Source: an uncultured bacterium
GTDB taxonomy: Bacteria > Verrucomicrobiota > Verrucomicrobiia > Verrucomicrobiales > DEV007
Assembly: GCA_963977015.1 (NCBI GenBank)
Contig: CAXBMO010000007.1
Location: 160,001 to 224,000 of the forward strand
Length of the DNA: 64,000 bases
Direction: 5' to 3'
Part shown: one piece after another, positions 49,227 to 59,221 of the stretch
How positions within the stretch are numbered: the first letter of the stretch is position 1
How the letters are laid out: every line of letters begins with the position of its first letter
Notes under the pieces: generated by a model
The model's input: only the letters and a program-made list of their open reading frames with translations
Told to the model about the DNA's origin: nothing
The model's database searches: none
Made by a program: the position numbers and the translations under genes

Positions 49227-50659
49227 TGACACGCGCTACCTACAGGCTGCTGAAGCATTTTCCCGCTTCCTGGTTCGCCTGGCTTTGCCTGGCGGGCATT
49301 CTGATGCTGCCCAACTTCGCTCAGGCCGCCAGGATCGGCGACGTCACCCAAGTCGATGCGTGGGAGCAAGCCCGACTCTTCTTCAATTGGGGAAACAGCT
49401 ACGTCCGTTCCCAGTGGATCGGCTGCCTTCTCATTGGCGCCTGCTGTGGACTTTTGGGGAGTTTTATCGTCGTTCGCCGCATGGCACTCATGGGCGACAT
49501 GCTGAGTCATGCGGTTCTTCCGGGAATCGTCCTCGGGTTTCTCTGGAACCTCAAAAAGGATCCGATCCTGTTGCTGGTTGGGGCGATTATTGCGGGACTT
49601 GTTGCCGTTGGATTCGTGACCGCGCTCAAGCGAACCACCCGGCTAAAACAGGATGCCAGCCTAGGCATCGTTTTGGGCGGGTTTTACGCCATTGGGATCT
49701 GCCTGCTTTCCATGGTTCAACGCATGCAAACGGGAGACAAAAGCGGTCTTTCCAATATCCTCATCGGCTCCGCTGCTGCCATTTCCGATTCCGACCTTTG
49801 GCTGATTGGCATCGTCACTGCCATTTCCGCGATCCTGATCTTCATCTTTTTCAAAGAACTGGTCGTGAGCAGCTTCGATCCCGCATTCGCCAAATCAATC
49901 GGGGTTCCGGAACGCGGCCTCCATTACCTGTTGATGGCGCTGCTGAGTTTTGCCGTGGTGATCTCCATCCAGGCCGTGGGAGTCGTGCTCGTTTCGGCGC
50001 TTCTCATCATCCCGGCGGCGACGGCCACCCTTCTGACCCATCGCTTCTGGCTCGTCGTTGTCCTGGCCGTCGAATTTGGGATGATTTCCGCGGTTGGAGG
50101 CGCCTTCACCTCGTTCCTGCGCTCCTCGCTCCCGACCGGTCCCCTCATGATTCTCGTCGCGGCGACTGGGTTCGGCCTCGCCTTTCTTTGTGCTCCCGAA
50201 AGCGGGCTGATTCCCCGCTTTGTGCGCCGCCGTGCCCAGTCTGCCCGCATTCGCCGCGAAAACTCACTCAAGGCGATTTTCCATCAGCTCGAATCCGAGA
50301 ACTTCTCTGCGGAGCGTGTCGACATTGCCGATCTGGTGAACCGCCGCCAACGAGAGGAGGAGGACGTCCTCCGTGAAATCCAGCAACTCGCCAAGCACGG
50401 TTTTGTTGAGCTGACGGGAGAATCGCTTCGGTTGACCGACACGGGCTGGCGCAAGGCCCGGCAAGTCGTCCGCAATCACCGCCTTTGGGAACTCTACCTC
50501 ACCCATGCCGCCGACATTGCGCCGGATCACGTTCACGATGATGCCGAGAAGATCGAGCACGTTTTGGGCGAAGAAGTGGTGCGAACGCTCGAAGCGCGAT
50601 TTGGAGAGGAAGCCATCGATCCGCACGGGCGAGAAGTGCCCGTCGCCAGCCAATCATAA
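49226..50659 (+). CDS. TroC-like metal ABC permease fused to a C-terminal DtxR/TroR-family repressor
   Basis: Permease motifs ALMGDMLSHAVLPG, SFDP.FA, AVGVVLVSALLIIPA, PTGP; then ENSLKAIF, LTDTG.RKA..VVRNHRLWELYL, VHDDAEKIEH, DPHG..VP. Confidence 0.92.
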   Translation: MTRATYRLLKHFPASWFAWLCLAGILMLPNFAQAARIGDVTQVDAWEQARLFFNWGNSYVRSQWIGCLLIGACCGLLGSFIVVRRMALMGDMLSHAVLPGIVLGFLWNLKKDPILLLVGAIIAGLVAVGFVTALKRTTRLKQDASLGIVLGGFYAIGICLLSMVQRMQTGDKSGLSNILIGSAAAISDSDLWLIGIVTAISAILIFIFFKELVVSSFDPAFAKSIGVPERGLHYLLMALLSFAVVISIQAVGVVLVSALLIIPAATATLLTHRFWLVVVLAVEFGMISAVGGAFTSFLRSSLPTGPLMILVAATGFGLAFLCAPESGLIPRFVRRRAQSARIRRENSLKAIFHQLESENFSAERVDIADLVNRRQREEEDVLREIQQLAKHGFVELTGESLRLTDTGWRKARQVVRNHRLWELYLTHAADIAPDHVHDDAEKIEHVLGEEVVRTLEARFGEEAIDPHGREVPVASQS

Positions 50660-50661
50660 CC

Positions 50662-51585
50662 ATGAACGAGCTGTTTCCACCTTTTGACGCCTACGCGATT
50701 TTTGTCGAACCCTGGAGTTGGGGCGCCTGGAAGATCCGGCTCCTCGCGATGTTCGTCTTCATTTCCTGCGGCCTGGCCGGCAACTACCTCATTCTTCGCC
50801 GCATGGCGCTGGTAGGCGACGCCATGAGTCACAGCGTCCTCCCCGGGATCGTCATTGCATTCATCATTGCACGGGGCAACCACTTCTGGGTGGTGGTCGG
50901 TGCAATTCTCGCCGGTTTGGCAACGTCAGCCCTGATCGAGTGGCTGAACAAGAACTCCCGCGTCAAACAGGACGTCGCCATTGGCGTTACCTTCACGACG
51001 CTCTTTGCGCTCGGTGTCGTTCTCATCAACGTGTTTGCGGGGCGGGTTCACTTGGACGCGGATTGCGTGCTTTACGGAGATGTCGAGCAAGCGCCAGTCG
51101 CCAAGTTGATTCAGGCCGGGGTCATTGCGGTCGTCACCATTCTCCTCGTCCTCGCCTTCTTCAAGGAACTCCTCGTCACCTCTTTCGATCCGACCCTGGC
51201 CAGTTCCATGGGAATTCCGGCCAAATGGGTCCACTACGGGCTGATGGGGTGGCTTTCCGTTGTCGTGGTGAGCGCTTTTGAGGCGGTTGGAAGCATCATG
51301 GTCGTGGGGATGCTCATCCTCCCCGGAGCCACCGGACTCCTCCTCAGTGAGCGGCTTTCCCGCGTCATGATCGCGAGCGTCATTCATGCGGTTTTGAGCT
51401 CCTTTCTCGGTTACCATGTCGGCCTGTGGCTGGACTGCAAAATCGCAGCAGCCATGGTCAGCACAGGCTTCCTTCTCTTCATTCTTGCCTGGCTCTTCAG
51501 CCCAACCCAGGGGCTGGTTTCCCAATGGATTACCCGGTCCCAGCTTCGCAACCATGTTCGCGAAGCAGCGCTTGCCGAACCCTGA
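50662..51585 (+). CDS. TroD-like metal ABC permease
   Basis: RRMALVGDAMSHSVLPG, VHLDADCVLYGD, SFDP.LA, AFEAVGSIMVV. Confidence 0.93.
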   Translation: MNELFPPFDAYAIFVEPWSWGAWKIRLLAMFVFISCGLAGNYLILRRMALVGDAMSHSVLPGIVIAFIIARGNHFWVVVGAILAGLATSALIEWLNKNSRVKQDVAIGVTFTTLFALGVVLINVFAGRVHLDADCVLYGDVEQAPVAKLIQAGVIAVVTILLVLAFFKELLVTSFDPTLASSMGIPAKWVHYGLMGWLSVVVVSAFEAVGSIMVVGMLILPGATGLLLSERLSRVMIASVIHAVLSSFLGYHVGLWLDCKIAAAMVSTGFLLFILAWLFSPTQGLVSQWITRSQLRNHVREAALAEP

Positions 51586-51605
51586 ATTCACGGTTTTGTT
51601 AGAAC

Positions 51606-51968
51606 GTGTCCCAAATCATCTTTAATGAAATCAGCGCTGCGGAAATCTCCGCAATGCCAACGATGCAGCAGCTTGATCTTCTCGCCGAATTCAAAGTCTC
51701 TCCGGATGACCTCGAGAACCTCGACGAGCATCGTTTCGGCAAGCTGGAACGTGAGGGAAAGACGCTCTATCGCTATCGCGCCAACGAGATGCGGATCTAC
51801 TTTGAGCTCGAAGACCAAAGTGTCATCGTTCACCGCGTTCTCCACAAAAACACCTTCCAGGACTTTCTCTACCGCGCGAGCCTGCCCATCTCCGAAGACG
51901 AAGAGCTCTCCAAGGCCGGTGGTTTCTGGGAATTGATCGAAGAAGGCGAGCGCGCACGACGGGTTTGA
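51606..51968 (+). CDS. RelE/ParE-like protein without an adjacent antitoxin
   Basis: QIIFNEISAAE..., LYRYRA.EMRIYFE.....VIVHRVLHK resembles the RelE beta core; GTG start. Confidence 0.55.
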   Translation: MSQIIFNEISAAEISAMPTMQQLDLLAEFKVSPDDLENLDEHRFGKLEREGKTLYRYRANEMRIYFELEDQSVIVHRVLHKNTFQDFLYRASLPISEDEELSKAGGFWELIEEGERARRV

Positions 51969-51969
51969 G

Positions 51970-53139
51970 ATGAAGATCACTTCTCTCGATCAACTGTCCG
52001 ACGAACCCACGCGTCTTGCCGCGTTTCCCGTCGCCCAAAAGAAGATTTTTCTCGGCCACGCCGGCGTCACCGCCCTCCCGCGATGCGTCGCCAATGCAGT
52101 TATCGACTACACCAATGCCTCGTCCGAAAACGACCAGGAGTTTGGTGACGTTTTGCGGCGCGTCGGCGATACCCGCCGCGTTTGCGCCAACATGATCGGC
52201 GCCAAGCCGAACGAGATCGCTCTGCTCGGCCCGACCAGCCTCGGGCTCAGCCTCTTTGCCAACGGCCTGCCGTGGGAACCCGGCGATGAAATCATCTGCT
52301 ACCTCGATGATTATCCGGCAAACGTGTATCCGTGGAAGAATCTGGAACGCCTCGGAGTCCGGCTCGTTTACCTCAAGCCGGAGCACCCGGGCGAAATCAC
52401 GCCACAATTGGTCGAGCAGGCGCTCACTCACAAGACCAAACTCGTCGCCCTCGCCAGCTGCCACTTTTTGACCGGCTATCGCATCGATATCAACGCGATC
52501 GGCCAGCTCGCCCACGATCACGGCGCCCTCTTTTCGCTCGACGCCATTCAAACCATCGGCGCCTTCCCCACCACCGTCGAGCACGTCGACTTCCTGAGCG
52601 CCGATGCCCACAAATGGATGCTCGGCCCCCTCGCCACCGGCATCGTCATGGTGAAGGAAAAGCACTTCGACCTCCTGCGCCCCACCCTGCTTGGCGCCTG
52701 GAACATCCAGTCCCCCAACTTCATCACCCAGGACTCCATCGAATTTGAAGCCGGTGCCCGTCGATACGAACCCGGCGTCCTCAACTGCGCCGGAATCTTC
52801 GGGATGCAAGCAGCATTGCAAATGATGCAAGCCGTTGGGCTCGGGAACATCAGCAACCGGTTGTTGGAATTGAAGGCGACGATCGTCGCGCAGCTCAAGG
52901 AGCGCGGCTTCACCATTCACGGCAAGGAGACCGGCCCCAACGCCAGCTCCATCACCACCTTCACTCACCCGGCCAAAGATCTGGAAGCCCTCTTCAATCA
53001 CCTGACCGAGGCAGGAATCACCGCCAGCTTCCGGCACGACCGCTCGGGCCAGCCCTTCCTCCGCTTCAGTCCCCACTTCTACAACACCGAAGCCGAACTG
53101 GATCGTGTTTTCCAAGCCATCGACACCCTGCCCGAATAG
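51970..53139 (+). CDS. Class V aminotransferase-fold PLP enzyme
   Basis: FLGHAG, DYPANVYPW, DAIQTIG, SADAHKWMLGP (PLP Lys), RYEPG, RFSPHFYN. Confidence 0.9.
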   Translation: MKITSLDQLSDEPTRLAAFPVAQKKIFLGHAGVTALPRCVANAVIDYTNASSENDQEFGDVLRRVGDTRRVCANMIGAKPNEIALLGPTSLGLSLFANGLPWEPGDEIICYLDDYPANVYPWKNLERLGVRLVYLKPEHPGEITPQLVEQALTHKTKLVALASCHFLTGYRIDINAIGQLAHDHGALFSLDAIQTIGAFPTTVEHVDFLSADAHKWMLGPLATGIVMVKEKHFDLLRPTLLGAWNIQSPNFITQDSIEFEAGARRYEPGVLNCAGIFGMQAALQMMQAVGLGNISNRLLELKATIVAQLKERGFTIHGKETGPNASSITTFTHPAKDLEALFNHLTEAGITASFRHDRSGQPFLRFSPHFYNTEAELDRVFQAIDTLPE

Positions 53140-53147
53140 CCGCCCTA

Positions 53148-53603
53148 TCAGGCGATCTGCTTTGCCATCACGACATTGCAACGCGCATACACGGGATGCT
53201 CGCCCTCCGCGACCGGCTCAAAGCCCAGCGAGCGATACAACGCAATCGCCGCTTCCAGGCGCGTGTTGGAGAGCAGTTCCACCCGGCTCGCTCCCACCTC
53301 CCGCAGCTTCTCCAACGCGTGGAGAGCCAGTTTCCGGCCAATGCCCTGTCCCTGAAAATCGGGATCGACCGCCATCCTGGCCAACTCATACACGCCGCGC
53401 GTTTTGTTGAACAACGCGCAGCTTCCTACCACGCGCTCATCGACCGTCGCAGTAAAAATCCAACCACCTTCGCGCCAAATTCTCGCCGGATCCGCCGCCA
53501 GCGCCCGGTCGCTTTCCTCAATCGCAAAGAATTCCGCGATCCAGCGCTCATTCAGCGCAAGAAACGCCTCCAGATGATCCGGCTGATTTTCGTGGATCTT
53601 CAT
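53148..53603 (-). CDS. GNAT family N-acetyltransferase
   Basis: YELARMAVDPDFQGQGIGRKL, SNTRLEAAIALYRSLGF. Confidence 0.92.
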   Translation of the reverse strand: MKIHENQPDHLEAFLALNERWIAEFFAIEESDRALAADPARIWREGGWIFTATVDERVVGSCALFNKTRGVYELARMAVDPDFQGQGIGRKLALHALEKLREVGASRVELLSNTRLEAAIALYRSLGFEPVAEGEHPVYARCNVVMAKQIA

Positions 53604-54118
53604 TCATCAGCCTCCGCTTCCACCAAAATGACGCGCCCCCGTGACGTAAAGGAAATGCCCTGCTGCCCCTGGGTGCCGATCATAATCGACTCCGCGATCG
53701 GCGGATTTGCCAACTCCTCCGATCGCCATTCCACAATGAAGTTCGCGCCCGAACCTCCCTCCTTATGGGTCTCCGGCACCACATAGCGAATCGACTCCAT
53801 CGGCGCCAGGGTGATTGGCTCATCGACATACTTCTTCAGCAACTTGCCCTGTGTCTCGTAATAATCCGCCACGACAATCGAAATTGAGCGCTTGGGATCC
53901 ACGTTTCGAATACTCAACGTCACCGTCAGGAAAAACGGGCTCTCCCGGTCCCCGCGATAGATGTGGGAATACGCCGGCACATAAAGGTGCTGCCCTTTGG
54001 ACAACTTTACATTCTCATCACCTGCTTCAACAGTCCCCAATATCGAGAGGCTGATCACCAAACCAAGAACCAACTGCGCTATCGCGGACTTCGGAGTTAG
54101 GAACAATCGCCGGTTCAT
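53600..54118 (-). CDS. DUF3124 domain protein (exported)
   Basis: YVPAYSHIY, LTVTLSIRN.D, DYY.T.G, GGSGANFIVEW, P.AESIMIG, GISFTS.G. Confidence 0.88.
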   Translation of the reverse strand: MNRRLFLTPKSAIAQLVLGLVISLSILGTVEAGDENVKLSKGQHLYVPAYSHIYRGDRESPFFLTVTLSIRNVDPKRSISIVVADYYETQGKLLKKYVDEPITLAPMESIRYVVPETHKEGGSGANFIVEWRSEELANPPIAESIMIGTQGQQGISFTSRGRVILVEAEADE

Positions 54119-54367
54119 GATGTTGGCGAAGATCGCTCCGTGACTCATCCTGTCAATTTCCGAACTGAGGATCGTCCAATCCGAGCGACTTTCACCTCTT
54201 ACCGCATTCCTCGTCGGTTCTGCCTGAAGTCCCTGATCACCGGTTCCAATCAATGCGCTGAAGCTCTACGATTTGGCCGAATTCGCTTGGTGAATCGAGC
54301 AATTCTTCGCAGTTTGTGTCTGTAGACCTGGATTTGGTCCGTGTATTCTATGTTTTGGATTCCAATC

Positions 54368-56785
54368 ATGCGCTTTCGACTCTTTACCGCTCTTTTGATC
54401 GGCCTCGGCTCTGCTTCGGCCTTGGCGCAATCTTTTGATGAGCCCTTGATCCCGTTTCTGGAGACCCACTGTTACGATTGCCACGACGACAGTCTGAAGA
54501 AGGGCGGTCTGGACCTGTTTGAGCTGGGTGTGGATTTGAGCGACGAAGCCGTTCAAGCGAAGTGGGTTCGCATTTATGATCGTGTGATGCGCGGCGAGAT
54601 GCCGCCGGAGGATAAGAAGCAACCTACAGAGGAAGAACGTCGCGCCTTCAGCCGGCATTTGGCGATGCCCATCGCGAAGGCTCACGAGGAATCCAAGGGC
54701 ACGGTTTTGCGGCGCCTGAACCGTGAAGAGTATGAAAATACGATGAACGACCTGTTCGGCACGAAGCTGGAATTGGCGAAGATTTTGCCCGAAGACGCCC
54801 GCTCCCACGAGTTCTCGAATGTGGGTGAGTCGCTCAGCATCTCCATGGTGCAGATGGAGCGTTATCTTCAGGCCGTCGACCTGGTGTGGGAGGATTTTAT
54901 CGTCGACGACATCAAAGGCCTGGAATCCAACGTGATCCGGGTCAGCTATGCGGAAACCCGGGAGGCCGAGAAGTTCATCGGCACGAGCTGGCATCAGGCA
55001 AAAGATGGGGCGGTGGTCTTTTTTCGGCGAGTGGGATACCCGACCGGAATGCTTCGTGGGTCGGGAGTTCGCGAACCCGGTCGCTACAAGATCCGCGTCA
55101 CCGGGTATGCCTATCAATCGGAGAACCCCATCACCTTCTTCCTCGGCGGAACGACGTTTGCCCGAGGCGTTGAGAAGCCGACTTACGGCTACTATCAATT
55201 GAAGCCGGGCAAGCCGCAGACGATCGAAATTGAGACCACGATTCCTCACAATTACATGGTTCAGATTGAGCCGGAAGGGATTTCGGTTTCCACTCCCGAA
55301 CTGAAGAAGATCGGCATCGAAAACTACAAGGGGCCGGGCCTCGCCATCAACCATGTCGAGATTGAAGGCCCGCTGGTGGAGGAGTTTCCGAAACGCGGAT
55401 ACCGTCTCATTTTCGACGGCATTGATCGCCATGAAGTGATGCCGAACAATCCCAAGGATCGGGAACGAAGCTATTATCGGCCGAAGTTTGACGTTACCTC
55501 GGAAGATCCAAGCCGCGACGCTGCGCAGTCGTTCAAACGCCTCGCGACCGCGGCCTTTCGACGCCCGGTCCAGAACGCTGAACTAACGCCTTACCTTGAC
55601 CTCTTCAATGCTGAAATGGAAAGTGGTTCCACTTTCGAAGAATCACTTCGGACGGGTGTAAAAGCCATTCTCTGTTCGCCCAATTTTCTCTTTCTGCGCG
55701 AGAAACCCGGCAAACTGGATGATTACGCGCTGGCGTCCCGGCTCTCCTACTTTCTCAATCGCACGAGCCCGGATGCGGAGTTGTTGGCCGACGCCGATGC
55801 CCGCCTGTTGGCCGGCGATCCCAAACGGTTGCTGAAGCATGCCGACCGATTGCTGGCGAAGCCTCATTCCGAGCGTTTCGTCATCGACTTTACCGATGCG
55901 TGGCTGGATTTGCGAAACATCGAGTTTACCGCGCCCGATCGAACTCTGTTTCCTGAGTTCGATCCGTTTCTGCAGTTTTCGATGCTGGCCGAATCCCGCG
56001 CGTTTTTCGAAGAATTGTTGGAGCAGAACCTGAGCGTTTCCAATCTCGTCAAATCCGACTTTGCCATGTTGAACAACCGGTTGGGTAGGCACTACGGAAT
56101 TGAGGGAGTGAAGAGCCCATCGATTCAACGCGTGAGCTTGCCCGCCGACAGTCCTCGTGGCGGCTTTCTCAGTCAGGGAAGCGTGCTGAAGGTTTCCGCC
56201 AATGGGACCAACACATCGCCTGTTGTTCGTGGAGTTTGGGTGATGGAACGCATTCTGGGGAAGACGCCACCTCCTCCGCCACCGGGAATCCCGGGAGTGG
56301 AACCCGATATTCGGGGAGCCGAGACCTTGCGGGATTTGCTCGACAAGCACCGAAATTCGGAAACCTGCCGGAGTTGTCACCAGATGATCGATCCGCCGGG
56401 TTTCGCGCTGGAAAGCTTCAATCCGATCGGTGGTTGGCGCGAGCAGTTTCGCAGCCTCAACAACAAGGACAAACGTCCTGAGATCATCGTCAACGGACAG
56501 AATGTTCGTTACCGCATCGGACCCGAAGTCGACTCAAGTGGTCAGCTTGCCGATGGAAGTGAGTTTGCCGGTTTCAATGAGTTCCGGACCTTGCTGGCTC
56601 AAGATCAATCCACCCTGGCCCGCGCCCTCGTAACCAAGTTCCTTATCTTTGCCACGGGCCGCGAAATGGGATTTTCGGACCGTCCTGAAATCAACCGGAT
56701 CGTGAAGACCGCCGCCAAGCAGGGATACGGGGTCCGTGATCTCTTGCATCTCGCGATTTCCAGCGACATTTTTCAAAACAAATAG
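54368..56785 (+). CDS. DUF1592/DUF1588 (PSD) domain c-type cytochrome protein
   Basis: Signal peptide, CYDCH, MPP, LRRLNREEYENTM.DL, AFRRP, LASRLSYFL, TSPVVRG.WV, PPPPP, CRSCH..IDPPGFALE.F. Confidence 0.92.
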   Translation: MRFRLFTALLIGLGSASALAQSFDEPLIPFLETHCYDCHDDSLKKGGLDLFELGVDLSDEAVQAKWVRIYDRVMRGEMPPEDKKQPTEEERRAFSRHLAMPIAKAHEESKGTVLRRLNREEYENTMNDLFGTKLELAKILPEDARSHEFSNVGESLSISMVQMERYLQAVDLVWEDFIVDDIKGLESNVIRVSYAETREAEKFIGTSWHQAKDGAVVFFRRVGYPTGMLRGSGVREPGRYKIRVTGYAYQSENPITFFLGGTTFARGVEKPTYGYYQLKPGKPQTIEIETTIPHNYMVQIEPEGISVSTPELKKIGIENYKGPGLAINHVEIEGPLVEEFPKRGYRLIFDGIDRHEVMPNNPKDRERSYYRPKFDVTSEDPSRDAAQSFKRLATAAFRRPVQNAELTPYLDLFNAEMESGSTFEESLRTGVKAILCSPNFLFLREKPGKLDDYALASRLSYFLNRTSPDAELLADADARLLAGDPKRLLKHADRLLAKPHSERFVIDFTDAWLDLRNIEFTAPDRTLFPEFDPFLQFSMLAESRAFFEELLEQNLSVSNLVKSDFAMLNNRLGRHYGIEGVKSPSIQRVSLPADSPRGGFLSQGSVLKVSANGTNTSPVVRGVWVMERILGKTPPPPPPGIPGVEPDIRGAETLRDLLDKHRNSETCRSCHQMIDPPGFALESFNPIGGWREQFRSLNNKDKRPEIIVNGQNVRYRIGPEVDSSGQLADGSEFAGFNEFRTLLAQDQSTLARALVTKFLIFATGREMGFSDRPEINRIVKTAAKQGYGVRDLLHLAISSDIFQNK

Positions 56786-56812
56786 CCCCTTCCACTCCGT
56801 CCACCTTTCGCC

Positions 56813-58111
56813 ATGAACAGCCCTCACCTCGCTACCGGTTCCCACCTGAGCCGACGCCACTTTCTCCGCGGAACCGGCGCAGCCGCCTTGAGCCTTCCGA
56901 TTCTGGACGCCATGACTCCGGCGTTTGCCGCAACGGCCCCGGCAAAGTCGCCACCCCGATTTGTCGCGATGTGCGCCGGCCTCGGATTCCATACGCCTTA
57001 CCTGTTTCCTGAGAAACCCGGCAAAGACTATCAGGACACCCCCTACCTGAGCCGCTTGAAGGCGCATCGCAATCAGATGACGATCTTGTCGGGATTTTCA
57101 CATCCCGAACAACAGGGAAACAATGGACACGCATCCAGCCTGACGTGGTTGACCTCGGCAAAACGACCGGGGTTGGCAGGCTTCAAGAACAGCATCTCCC
57201 TTGATCAGCTGATTGCCAGCCAGATCGGGATTGAAACGCGATATCCCTACCTCACGCTTTCTTCTGGGGGCAGTTCGCTTTCCTGGACCTCCAACGGGGT
57301 CGAGATTCCAGCCCAGAATTCTCCCGCCAATATTTTCAAGGCGCTTTTTATCGATGGGACGGAAGCAGAGATTGCCGCTGAGATGCGAAGCTTCCAACGG
57401 GGACGAAGCATTATGGATACCGTATTGGGAGAAGCGAAGAAGCTGCACAATGAGCTGGGGCATCGCGACCAGGAGAAGCTTGACGAGTATCTGACTTCGG
57501 TTCGTGAGCTCGAACAACGCCTCCAGCAATCCGAGAACTGGTCCCAACAGCCCAAGCCCAAAATTGACGCCGAACCGCCTACCGACATTAGTGATCGGAA
57601 TGACATCATTGGGAAGCAACGGCTTCTGAATGACATGATCGTTCTGGCGCTGCAAACGGATTCGACAAGAACCGTGACGTTCCAATTGGGCAGTCTCAAC
57701 TCACCGCCCAGCAATATCGAGGGAGTGAACACCGATTGGCACAACCTCTCACACCACGGCAAGGACGAAGCCAAGATCGAAGAATTGAAACTGATTGAGG
57801 AAGCGGAGTTTGATGTCTTCAACGAGTTCCTCACCAAGCTCTCCAGCATCAACGAGAACGGCCAGACGCTCCTGGACCGCACATCGGTTCTGTATGGTTC
57901 GAATCTGGGGAATGCGAGCAGCCACAACTGGCGCAACCTTCCCTTGATCCTCGCCGGTGGCGGATTCAACCACGGTTCCTACATCGCGCATGATCCTGAC
58001 AACAATACGCCATTCGCCAACCTCCTGGTTCCGTTGGCGCAGCGCATGGGAGTCGAGATCGACCAGTTCGGGAGCAGCACCTCAGCGGGAATCGCGGAGT
58101 TGAGCGTGTGA
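56813..58111 (+). CDS. DUF1552 domain protein (Tat-exported)
   Basis: LSRRHFLRG Tat motif, LP.LDAM, NSISLDQ, LDEYLTSVRELE, ALQTDSTR, WH.LSHHG, GSNLGNASSH, NLPLILAGG. Confidence 0.92.
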   Translation: MNSPHLATGSHLSRRHFLRGTGAAALSLPILDAMTPAFAATAPAKSPPRFVAMCAGLGFHTPYLFPEKPGKDYQDTPYLSRLKAHRNQMTILSGFSHPEQQGNNGHASSLTWLTSAKRPGLAGFKNSISLDQLIASQIGIETRYPYLTLSSGGSSLSWTSNGVEIPAQNSPANIFKALFIDGTEAEIAAEMRSFQRGRSIMDTVLGEAKKLHNELGHRDQEKLDEYLTSVRELEQRLQQSENWSQQPKPKIDAEPPTDISDRNDIIGKQRLLNDMIVLALQTDSTRTVTFQLGSLNSPPSNIEGVNTDWHNLSHHGKDEAKIEELKLIEEAEFDVFNEFLTKLSSINENGQTLLDRTSVLYGSNLGNASSHNWRNLPLILAGGGFNHGSYIAHDPDNNTPFANLLVPLAQRMGVEIDQFGSSTSAGIAELSV

Positions 58112-59214
58112 TCTACGACGTCATTGTTCTGGGAACGGGGGGAGTCGGCAGTGCCGCGCTTCACCATCTGGCACAGCGCGGAGTCCGGGTTCTCGGCCTT
58201 GATCAGTTTCCCGGCGGTCACAGCTTGGGGAGTTCGCACGGGGCGACGCGCATCATCCGCAAGGCCTACTTCGAACATCCCAATTACGTTCCCCTGCTGA
58301 ACCGTGCTTATGACCTGTGGAAAGCGCTCGAAGCGGAAACCCGGAAGCCGCTCTATGCCGAAACGGGCCTGGTTGAAGTTGGTCCACCCGATGGGGCGAT
58401 CGTTCCCGGCGTTCTCAAAGCCGCTGCGGAACACGGACTACCGGTCGAAACCATTGCCGAACGGGATTTCCGCGATCGTTTTCCCGCTCTGCGACTTCCC
58501 GAAGGGGCTGTTGCGTTGTTTGAACAGGAAGCGGGTTTCCTTCGGGTTGAAGACTGCGTTCTCGCGCATCTCCAGTCTGCGAGCGAACACGGTGCCAGTT
58601 GGAAACAGGAGAGCGTGATCGGCTGGGAAGCGGACGGTTCTGGAGTTGTGGTCGAGACATCTGAACAACGCTATCAGGCCCAGTCGCTTGCCATCGCCGC
58701 GGGCGCGTGGTCGGGCCCCATGCTTCGGGACATTGGGCATCCCCTGCGCATTTTGCTGCAACATCTACTTTGGTATGAAAGCGGCGAAGCTACGACGTTG
58801 GAATCCGGATTTCCCTGCTTTTTCTACGAAACCGGCGAGGGCTACTTCTATGGTTTTCCGAAACTCGACGCGCAGGGCTTGAAGGTGGCCGAGCATGGAG
58901 GAGGCGTCGAGATTCCAGTCCCCCAAAAGGCGGCAGAGGTTAATCCAAAGGTGGAGGGACGAATTGAAACGTTTCTTCGCGAAAACATCCCCAGTGTGTC
59001 CAACACAAGGACGCGCCATGAGTCGTGTTACTACACGATGTCCCGGGACGAACACTTCATCGTGGACCGTCACCCGATTCATGAGCAGGTCAGCTTTATC
59101 GCCGGGCTCTCCGGCCACGGATTCAAGTTCGCATCAGTTCTGGGTGAGGCATTGGCCGATTTGGCGACCGGGAAAAACCTTTCGAGCGAGTTTGATTTCC
59201 TGAGGCTTCGATAG
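58108..59214 (+). CDS. solA: Monomeric sarcosine oxidase / N-methyltryptophan oxidase family flavoprotein
   Basis: GTGGVG, GSSHGATRIIR.AY.E, AGAW, FYGFP, CYYT.SRD.HF (FAD-attachment Cys position), SGHGFKFA; GTGA overlap. Confidence 0.88.
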   Translation: MIYDVIVLGTGGVGSAALHHLAQRGVRVLGLDQFPGGHSLGSSHGATRIIRKAYFEHPNYVPLLNRAYDLWKALEAETRKPLYAETGLVEVGPPDGAIVPGVLKAAAEHGLPVETIAERDFRDRFPALRLPEGAVALFEQEAGFLRVEDCVLAHLQSASEHGASWKQESVIGWEADGSGVVVETSEQRYQAQSLAIAAGAWSGPMLRDIGHPLRILLQHLLWYESGEATTLESGFPCFFYETGEGYFYGFPKLDAQGLKVAEHGGGVEIPVPQKAAEVNPKVEGRIETFLRENIPSVSNTRTRHESCYYTMSRDEHFIVDRHPIHEQVSFIAGLSGHGFKFASVLGEALADLATGKNLSSEFDFLRLR

Positions 59215-59221
59215 ATTGGAT

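Noticed and set aside
51970-53139. Cysteine desulfurase or selenocysteine lyase
   Set aside because: The C-terminal catalytic Cys loop (SSGSAC / RxGxHCA) is absent; the region reads ASFRHDRSGQPFLRFSPH.
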